Source: Rotaria socialis (taxonomy: Eukaryota). From it: a stretch of DNA of 20,000 nucleotides. Positions 12,214 through 20,000 of the stretch are shown piece by piece. Position numbers and translations under genes: made by a program. The notes under the pieces were generated by a model. The model did no database searches. It saw nothing but the letters and a program-made list of their open reading frames with translations, and had not been told where the DNA came from. Location: the NCBI GenBank assembly GCA_905331295.1, contig CAJNYD010000225.1:232572-252571 (forward strand). The letters are read 5' to 3'. The number at the start of each line of letters is the position of its first letter. The first letter of the stretch is position 1.

Positions 12214-12716
12214 ACGTAATCTAAAAGAGAGCAACAAACAACAGAAAAGATATCCAAAGATTCTCAAGTGAAAATCTATCTTAACTCCAGAAATATCTAA
12301 AACAAAATTTAATTCTTCTTTCTTCCAAGATACTCGAATAGAGTAACTATGTTTTAGTATTCATCTCGTCGATTTTATTCCATTTATGATGACTAAATGA
12401 TTAGACTTGACATCGAATTTGTAATATGGTTTGACGTTTTCTTTGCACTACAACCTACTACAGTAGAATCCTCTCTAACTAAAAAATTAAAAAAACAGTA
12501 GTTTTGAATTGATTCCTATTGATATCCAATGACTTTGAAGGAGATAAATCTTCTATTATATCAGCATTATGACTTCGTCACATCAGGCAAAAAAACATTA
12601 CGTCTAAAAAAAATATACATGATGGATAATCACATGTGCTGAGGAAGGTCATTATAATTGTATTATTTTTTTTTTCTCTTCGTTTTGTTTTAATTTTTTT
12701 GTATTAATTATTTTAA

Positions 12717-12748
12717 GACGTTTCGGAGATATATTTCTCCTTCTTCAG
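12717..12748 (-). ncRNA. Minimal hammerhead ribozyme core, copy A
   Basis: Minus strand CTGAAGA-A-GGAGA-AATATA-TCTCC-GAAAC-GTC: CUGANGA and GAAA boxes, 5-bp stem II, GUC triplet. Stem I is weak. Confidence 0.8.
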
Positions 12749-12977
12749 TATTATTTTATTTGGTGTTATGCTTTTGTTTTTACTGTTTACAATACGTATC
12801 TGACTGTTCTTTTTCTTTTTCTTTTAATAGTGGAACGGAACGTCAAAACATACAAGCTTTATCAGTCAGTATTACCGTCTTGTCATTCCGTTCCACTATT
12901 AAAATTAAAATTAAAAGAATAATCAGATACGTATTGTAAACAGTAAAAACAAAAACATAACATCAAATAAAATAAAA

Positions 12978-13009
12978 CTGAAGCAGGAGAAATATATCTC
13001 CGAAACGTC
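12978..13009 (+). ncRNA. Minimal hammerhead ribozyme core, copy B (core substitution)
   Basis: CTGAAGC-A-GGAGA-AATATA-TCTCC-GAAAC-GTC; the last A of CUGANGA is changed to C. Confidence 0.7.
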
Positions 13010-13670
13010 TTAAAATAATTACTTATTCTAATCGGAAAATAATTAATAAAAAACATTAAAACAAAAGGAAGAGAAAAAAAACAAAATAATACAATTATAA
13101 TGGCCTTCCTCAACACATGTAATTACAAAAATCTCTATGGAGAGAGAACAACAACAATAGCCAAAAAGTTGAAAAAACTGTTAATAAAACAAAACGAAAT
13201 TGAGCAACATATAAATTTCCTCCAACAGTGTAAACACCATAACTTCACTCCAAAAGGCTTTATTATAAAATATCACACTAATAATTACAGAAATAAAACA
13301 ATAACTCATAATACAATGATAAAATTAAGAAACAATACGTTACAATGGCGTTACATGCAACAAAGATGGAATACAATCGAAATAAAACCGCAACAAGCAA
13401 TATTGAAGTGCTACAGGAATAAATACCAACAAAATAGAGACCATAAATTAGGCCTTCAATGGATGTACTACCGTACACAAGATAAAAATAAAAATATAAT
13501 ACGAGCAACACACAATAGAAAATTGAAGGCGCTAAAATACAAACAAAACAAAACATCAACAATAAACAATAAGAAAGACAAAAGTAACGAAGATAATAAT
13601 GATGGAGAACAAACAATCGAATCTCGTCAATTTATCAAACATCCACTTAAACAAACAACAATTGAATGCA

Positions 13671-14891
13671 CTAGTCGACGATCTTGACTTCGATCTGTCC
13701 AGATTCTTGTTCTACTTGAATACCAGACAAGCTTCTTTGTAATCATAATATTCAGGCAAGATTCTTCGGGACAGGAAAGAAACAAGATTCTTGCTTGTTT
13801 TTCAAGAAAAGTATAATCTTGTCTGATTGCTCAGATAAATAAGAATCAGGTAAGGATGGCAAGATATTCAAGATTTTTTGAAATTCAGACAAGAATCTTT
13901 TTTCTTTTCCTTTCAACGATTCTTATTATATCTTAAAGAAAACTATCACGTGATGTTTCGTGTATATATACTTATAAATACAGTAAAATCTCTTTACATG
14001 GGTACCCCTATANAGAAAAAGAAAAGTTAATCCGATTGAACAAAAAGAACAATTCATCTATACACTTCTCATTGTTCCGTCAATGATAATAAGAGTATAA
14101 ATACTATTGTTTTTCTTACATCACATATTCATATCATTTGGAAAATGACGTCGTGTCATTACCTTACACCCACGCCCAACCTCCTTCGCTCGTTGATGCG
14201 CTTGAAATGGTTCGAAATCTTCATCTACTTGCGTCTACTCGCCAACTGGAACTTCATCAATTCGTCACTAACCTAGAATCAAAACTTACTGATGCCTACA
14301 TCGAATTAAAAACTAACCGGGAAAGTTCAATTACAGATTTCTTTCGAAAAGCTTGATTGTAAATATGATGATAGAAAATAAAGTTAAATAAAAAGAAGTA
14401 ATCAAATAAATTGTACTAAAATATTGGACACTATTCAAGATATATTTTTCTAGATGACGCGGACGAACTATAACAGATATGTTTTTTAAATAGATAGTTG
14501 TGTTCAAGTGTTTTCGTTTCTTTTTTTTTAATCTTTTTGTACGCGTTATGAGCTTATTGTATGTTCTCTTGCGCATGTAATGTACTTTTCTTGTATTTTT
14601 TTATTTGAAATTAAAATATAATAGGATCGAAAGGAGGTAACCGTATGGATGCCTAAATGAAATTCATTAGTATTGCAAGAATTTTTTCAAAAATAGCAAG
14701 AATTGTAAGAAAACAAGAATCTTGCCAAAATGGCAAGAAGCAAGAATCATGCAAGAATTGCAAGAAAACAAGAATCATGTAAGAATTGCAAGAGCACAAG
14801 AATCAGACTAGAATGCAAGAACACAAGAATCTTGCCTGATGTTCAAGAAAAACAAGAATCAGGACATATCGAAGTCAAGAGCGTCGACTAG
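13671..14891. mobile_element. Non-autonomous TIR DNA transposon, copy 2, inserted in the Penelope ORF
   Basis: CTAGTCGACGATCTTGACTTCGATCTGTCCAGATTCTTG ... CAAGAATCAGGACATATCGAAGTCAAGAGCGTCGACTAG. Tandem GCAAGAA/CAAGAATC array at ~14675-14860. Removing 13671-14899 restores the Penelope frame QLNA-LEKGLKF. Confidence 0.9.
13981..14440 (+). mobile_element. pogo/Tigger-like transposon remnant nested in the 13671-14891 element
   Basis: Starts TA|CAGTAAAATCTCT at a site where sister copy 1 is uninterrupted. Contains ORF 14138-14356 ending ...ESSITDFFRKA, typical of a pogo/Tigger transposase C-terminus. Right TIR not found. Confidence 0.7.
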
Positions 14892-15251
14892 TACATGTAC
14901 TAGAAAAAGGCTTGAAGTTTGTTCTAACGCCAAAAATCTGTCAACTTAATCGACTATATAACACATACAGAAAAAGGATTATTCACAGCACCAAACTTAA
15001 TAAAAACAAACTGCAATAAACGAAATCATGACGTTCACACGTACATGGTGAAAACCAAATACTGATAACCTTACAAAAGATGAAAGGAATACCCTAAAAT
15101 AAATCAAAAATAAAAAGGATATCATGATCGTTGAAGCTGACAAAGGTGGAAAAGTGGTAACATTAAATAAAGATGATTACTTTTCAAAAATTGAAGAAAA
15201 GCTGAATGATACGAAAATGTATGAACAAATGGCAAATCCTATTAATAAAAA

Positions 15252-15762
15252 TGTGGAAACCGGATTTCATCCGAGAGTTATGTGTACTTCAAAAAGTGCA
15301 TGGGACATATGAGTCATTCTGGAATGTTTGAACACCAAAATTATCATGAGAAACTAGGCAATTTGATTTCTGGATGCAGTTTTTGTGCATTTTGAGACGT
15401 TTTTCAGGCGATGTTTCGTTAGAAAGCTACGGTTTAGTTCAAAACTAACACCAGATTCAGAATCAGCGTTAAAAACTGAGATGATTTATATATGTTGTGT
15501 ATAATTCTGAGAAAAAAGTTTTTTTTGAAAAATCCCTGTACTCCCCCTCAGGGATGGTCTGATCAAAAATGACATTTTTCTCGATAATTCAGCCATTTCT
15601 TGACGGATCCTTCTCATTTTCGAACTCGACCTAGATATTGATAAGACAATTCTGTGCACAAAATTTCAGTTCAATCGAATGTAATTGTGAAGAGTTATCG
15701 AATAAACGGACGGCCGGACACACTGACCGATTCTATAGTGTACTCTTTTTTTTTTAGTACAC
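15252..15762. mobile_element. Helentron-associated (HINE/DINE-1-like) non-autonomous element inserted in the Penelope RT
   Basis: Interrupts NPINK|KNISAFTEKL inside an A-run with no clear TSD. Terminal stem-loop GTGTACT-C(T)10-AGTACAC (15738-15762), adjacent CGGACGGCCGGACA microsatellite-like motif, and a second GTGTACT at 15282. Confidence 0.65.
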
Positions 15763-16350
15763 AAAAAGAACATTTCTGCATTCACCGAAAAATTGCTCAA
15801 ATAAAATAAAATAAAACAAAGTCTGAAATTTCAACTAAATTCAATTGAAGACTTACCTCGAATTCGAGGTTAACCAAAATTGCACGAAGTCAATCACTCA
15901 ATGAGACTAATAACTTGCTTGAGAAACACAATACTGCCATCAATATCAAATTTCGCCTTTTCTTTTATTAAAGAACTAAGAACAACAGTCGACAATACAA
16001 TGAATAACACATCTGAATTTGTAACCAAAATAACTAAAATAAATATGAAAGAAGGCGAAAATCTCGCAAGCTTAGATGTCTAAGATATGTTTACCGATAT
16101 ACCATTAACAAGAGCTGTTGGCATAGCAATAAACAGAATTGAAAATTCAACAACTTTCAATGAATCAACATTGAGTAAGATAGACCTAAAGAAACTGCTC
16201 ATTCTATCTTTAAGTAACAACTGTACGGAATTTAATAGCAAATTTTACAAAACAAAAACGTGCCTTACCAATGGGAAACTGCTTATCACTCATACTAGCA
16301 GATTTATATCTGGACGACAATATTAGTAAGCATCTTAGTAAAGTAAATAC

Positions 16351-17103
16351 CCCTAGTGCATGTACTGAGTTAAGGGTACCTGAAAAAGTATCCTGATACT
16401 AGTATGTCACAGGATCTTTCGGGTACTGAAGTACCTTAAAGTACTTTTAGGTACGTGTTAAGTACTGGGGTGGGTACTCTGCTTTAAAGTGTCTAGTAAA
16501 TGGGTACTTGAAGGTACTAATCAAGTACTCAACCGGGTACCATTACATAGTATCCTTAGATACCCTGTTACCAAAATTGCAATATGCTAATCATCGATCC
16601 TAATCTTTGGCCTTTTTCATTTTTTTTGTCTCAAAGCAAGTTGCTACATTTTTTCAATTTTATTTTATTTTTCCAATTCTGACAACTTCAACAGGTCAGA
16701 TTTTGGGATTTGATCAAACTTGGGTTGGTCGAATCTCCATCAGACCACTTCAGAGTAGTCCGCTCTTAATTGACGATTAAGATCGGCACATTCTCGACTA
16801 ATAAATAGTCAAGAAATAATCTAGAAGAAAAAATATGAAAATAGTTTAGTTTCTTATGATTTGCCGAGTTGTTTATAAGGAGCCGTCCGCGCCAAAGAAA
16901 ACGGTGAATGAACAGTCGCTACACAGAACGCGAAAAATCTAGGACACCCTGTAGAGTCTTTTTCAGTAAAATTACAGGTGCGGGTACCCAATACAGTGCC
17001 TACATCAGTATAATTACTGAAAATTTTCGAAGTACCCATATCAGGCACCTTGCTAAGGCTTTCTTAGTATACGAGTACCCTGAACTCAGTACATGCTCTA
17101 GGG
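16351..17103. mobile_element. CMC/EnSpm-like non-autonomous transposon inserted just before the RT YVDD motif
   Basis: TIRs CCCTAGTGCATGTACTGAGTTAAGGGTAC / GTACCCTGAACTCAGTACATGCTCTAGGG, 2-bp AC duplication, many GGTAC/AGTAC subterminal repeats. Removal restores KVNT-EQKLFRYVDD. Confidence 0.9.
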
Positions 17104-17725
17104 ACAGAACAAAAACTATTTAGATACGTCGACGATATATTAATAATAACTAAAATGAGTCATACAGAATTAATCAGATTCACAACAGAATTTGAAAAGG
17201 ATAATAAAATTAATTTTCTTGATACCACATTAACCAAGAACACAAATGATAATAAAATAGATGTTAGGTGGTTTAGAAAACAAACCGCTGCAAACACATT
17301 GTTAAATTATCAATCTTGCCACCATAAATCTGTAAAAAGAAATATCGTATCCAATATGACATCTAGAATAATAAGTGCCACACAAAACACCAAAGAACAA
17401 GATGAGGACTTATAACAACCCACACCAATCTTAAAAAACTCGAATTATCCAGACGATGAAATTCACAAGATAATAACAACAACACAATTAAAAAACCATA
17501 CAAAAGTCACCATTACATAAAATGAAAATAAAGAGAAAAAATAAAACACTACATCACCTTACCGTACACACCTGGAATTGAAGTAATAAAACAAAAATTA
17601 AACAAATTAAGGATAAAACTGTTTTTCCTCATGTCCGAACAAATTAACATCATACCTGAATTCCCGAACAACCACAGGATCAAATTCGGTCATATATCAA
17701 ATTAATTGTAATTGTGGAGAAACTA

Positions 17726-18060
17726 CAGTCGGACTAAACCAAAGAATAAAAGCTTGTTAGCGCAGCCCCTTCGGGACTAAAATGTGGAACTCACATATAT
17801 CCCTTAGACTTACTAAAACAATTCAGAATAGTTCATTTGAAAAATCTACCTTGATTTCCAAAACCTATAATTAGATCATTACCTATTTACTTATGTGTGT
17901 AATGAAGTATTAATTGTTAGCTCGCATATCTGACAACACTCTAAATTAAAATGTGTCGCATTTATGTGTTGCGAGTAATAGTGTCGTAGGTTCAGTGTCG
18001 AAAATATGTCGCAACAGAAAGTGTCGCTAAAAAATTTGTCTCGTTCTGTGTGTCGANTGA
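17726..18060. mobile_element. DNA transposon fragments truncating the GIY-YIG domain
   Basis: TA|CAGTCGGACT (Tc1/mariner-pogo-like start) where the YIG motif should be, followed by spaced TGTCG(C) repeats at ~17953-18056. Confidence 0.5.
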
Positions 18061-18099
18061 ATTACGTTGGCACTGCTGCCAGTGTATGTAGAAATTTTA

Positions 18100-18306
18100 T
18101 GTAGCTTATCTCGACCTACCGCCACTCTCGACAATGATGTGTATTCGCTTCTTCACATATCCAGAGTGTAACAGCTTCATACATAACACACATGTATATA
18201 GGAGACCGATAGGAGAGAAAGATAGGAAAGAGAGATTAGAACAGTGGGAAGAGAACAGAAGGAAGAGGAAGGAGAATCATCGAAGTGTGCCACCAGTATC
18301 GGCACA
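18100..18306. mobile_element. Solo LTR-like element, family 2, copy 1
   Basis: TGTAGCTT...ATCGGCACA; clearly similar to 19271-19543 (CACTCTCG.CAA, ATCCAGAGTGTAAC, GGAAGGAGAATCATCGAAG.GTGCCA). No TSD seen. Confidence 0.6.
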
Positions 18307-18311
18307 GACGG

Positions 18312-18578
18312 TAATAGTGGAATGGGGAACGTCAAAACAGAAGTTTATCGGTCAGGATTACCGTCTTGTCATTCCGTTCCACTATTAAAAGAAAAAGAAA
18401 AAGAATAGCCAGATACGTATTGTAAGCAGTAAAAACAAAAACATAATACCAAATAAAATAAATCTGAAGAAGGAGAAATATATCTCCGAAACGTCTTAAA
18501 ATAATTAATTACTCTAATTGGAAAATAATTAATAACAAACATTAAAACAAAAGGAAGAGAAAAACAAAATAATACAAT
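18312..18578 (+). repeat. 3' pseudo-LTR of the Penelope-like element
   Basis: Direct repeat of 12825-13094; similarity stops a few bases before the position of the ORF ATG. Confidence 0.93.
18464..18495 (+). ncRNA. Minimal hammerhead ribozyme core, copy C
   Basis: CTGAAGA-A-GGAGA-AATATA-TCTCC-GAAAC-GTC, core intact. Confidence 0.8.
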
Positions 18579-18606
18579 GATGAATAGTCCTACCGAACTT
18601 ATATAC

Positions 18607-18704
18607 TAGGGGTATAACGGTTCAGTTTTGGTTCCTATCAAAGAAACTTCCAACAATTCCTAAGATGTGATCTGAACTTAAATTTGAGAACTATTATACC
18701 CCTA
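18607..18704. mobile_element. 98-bp hAT-like MITE
   Basis: TIRs TAGGGGTATAACGGTTC / GAACTATTATACCCCTA; 8-bp flanks TTATATAC and TTGTATAC (7/8 identical). Confidence 0.8.
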
Positions 18705-19270
18705 TTGTATACATCAAACAATAACTGTTGCATTTTTTCACAGTTCAACTCAATGGAGCTCTTTATAAGTTTATTGTACATCTAATAAACTCATAACATA
18801 CAGATCAGATTATTTCTATTGAATTAGAACGAATTAAAAAAGACTTTTGTAAGTAATCTACGATGTTTTATCTAAAATTTGATGAATGAAGTTTTCAAGT
18901 TTTACCTCTTCTTCGTTCTTGCAGGCAATATCTGCCAACATCAGAACTCACATATGGCTCACACACTGTGCGTAATAATAACAATTCGTTGGTGAAAGAG
19001 AAGAAAAAAATTTCTAATCGAAATAAAATGGCCATCTCACATATTCGTTATGGTTCAATGCATCTGTATGTTGTTAATTTTGCGTTCTGTTACTATTCTC
19101 TAATAACAAAGATTAAGTGTAAATAAAAGACAAAAAGAAAAGAACGAAAAAAAAATACTACCAAGTTTCGACCATTTGCAGTTAGCGAATCAGTACACCA
19201 AGCACAACATTTTGAAAAGAAACTACAGTACATTTAACTATTTACTCACTGTAACGAACAACTAGATTAT

Positions 19271-19543
19271 AGTAGCTTGTGTCACTCTCGGCAAAGATGT
19301 TTATTAGGCTACTTCAAGTTATCCAGAGTGTAACGAAAAAACTAGAGAGTGTCGCCTATGCCCGTCGGCATGATGGTGTATTGTGTCATCTGACATCTCT
19401 AGAGTGTACCAACTTCATACATAGCGCACGTATATATAGAAGAGAGATGGAGAAAGACAGGAGAGAGATACATTAGAAAAATGGAAAGAGAACAGAAAGA
19501 GAAGGAAGGAGAATCATCGAAGCGTGCCATCAATATCGGCACA
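19271..19543. mobile_element. Solo LTR-like element, family 2, copy 2
   Basis: Diverged, longer copy of 18100-18306 ending ATCGGCACA; the AGAGTGTA motif occurs twice internally. Left boundary uncertain (19271 or 19278). Confidence 0.6.
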
Positions 19544-19654
19544 CTCACGAATATATTTTAATCTTTAGATTCTGTATAAATACTCTTCTGTAACATTTAT
19601 CGAGGTTGTTCATCTGATAAATTCCACCGATCAATGAATATAATGATTTTTAAT

Positions 19655-19753
19655 CACAAGGGGGAACAAACTGATTTCGCGATTTCATATGGAGTTTTTG
19701 ATTTCAGCTGATTTCAAGCGATTTCAGATGATTTCAGATGATTTCCCTTAGTA
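19655..19753. repeat. Small CACTA-like MITE remnant with GATTTC(A) repeats
   Basis: Eight GATTTC units between imperfect ends CACAAGGGGGAA / TTTCCCTTAGTA, flanked by AAT on both sides. Confidence 0.5.
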
Positions 19754-20000
19754 AATGTATTAATAGAATTTGCTTTTGTTTTCTTAAATGTTAGCATTTT
19801 TCCTATCTATTAATGTAAGTCTAGTTATGTGAAGCGCACAATACACAAAATATGCCAAATGATATCCAAAAAAAAATTGGAAAAGGAATAAAAATAATCA
19901 ACTATCGTCCATTTCAAAAGAGAAGAAGGGTGGTTGTGTTTTGATTAACTTTTTAACAGAAATAGCTATCGCTCTGTGGTTTTCACTATTCGATAGAAGG

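Larger units (their letters stand above)
12627..13125. repeat. ~500 bp palindrome made of inverted pLTR (12627-12840) and direct pLTR (12886-13125), 45-nt spacer
   Basis: Reverse complement of the left arm (...AATACAATTATAATGACCTTCCTCAGCACATGTGATTA) matches the right arm (...AATACAATTATAATGGCCTTCCTCAACACATGTAATTA). The left arm has a ~24 bp deletion between AAAATAATTA repeats. Confidence 0.95.
13100..17725 (+). pseudogene. Penelope RT/GIY-YIG ORF, fragmented (13100-13670, 14900-15251, 15763-16350, 17106-17725)
   Basis: Motifs in order: HINFLQQC....FTPKGF; VNLS..L...QLNA|LEKGLKF; IVEADKGGKVV; PRIRG*PKLH....MRLI; ASLDV*DMFTDIP; LPMGNCLSLILADLY; RYVDD (YVDD at 17125-17136); FLD; WFRK......LNYQSCH; YITLPY; SVIYQINCNCGE (start of GIY-YIG). 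Many stops and frameshifts. Confidence 0.92.
12627..18578 (+). mobile_element. Penelope-like retroelement (endonuclease-containing), decayed: inverted pLTR - pLTR - ORF - pLTR
   Basis: Direct repeats 12825-13094 and 18312-18578, an inverted copy 12627-12840, an RT + GIY-YIG ORF in fragments, and hammerhead cores in the repeats. Confidence 0.93.

Noticed and set aside
12214..12267. N-terminal extension of the methyltransferase from the ORF track
   Set aside because: It starts at TTG and contains a pyrimidine tract + AG acceptor; ATG 12213 is more plausible, though an upstream coding exon cannot be excluded.
12461..12560. pogo-like terminus TA|CAGTAGAATCCTCTCTAAC
   Set aside because: No matching second TIR or internal homology found.
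12883..13616. Hydrophobic antisense ORFs 12883-13116 and 13278-13616
   Set aside because: By-products of the A-rich Penelope sense strand; no independent coding signal.
14675..14860. CRISPR-like or coding repeat array
   Set aside because: Short degenerate CAAGAA units without unique spacers; they are subterminal repeats of a eukaryotic DNA transposon.
18100..19543. Complete LTR retrotransposon or TRIM bounded by the two similar LTRs
   Set aside because: The copies differ in length and sequence, no PBS, PPT or shared TSD is visible, and the interior is Penelope pLTR plus unrelated DNA.

Overview
AT-rich eukaryotic DNA, most likely a bdelloid rotifer (inference from the ~50-70 bp introns, the F-box/LRR-like pseudogene family and the transposon repertoire). 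The first 3.2 kb hold an intact 13-exon axonemal dynein intermediate chain 2 gene (DNAI2-like, minus strand, ~601 aa). The rest is rich in mobile DNA: several MITE/DNA-transposon families, a pseudogene, a solo LTR containing a tRNA-like cassette, and a membrane-anchored methyltransferase with an intronless coding region. It also holds a decayed Penelope-like retroelement (RT + GIY-YIG, 12627-18578) split by at least six nested insertions. Its three pseudo-LTR copies each carry a minimal hammerhead ribozyme core. The 5' pair forms a ~500 bp palindrome whose turning point coincides with a hairpin intrinsic to the pLTR, suggesting fold-back self-priming. All calls are by eye; no searches were run.
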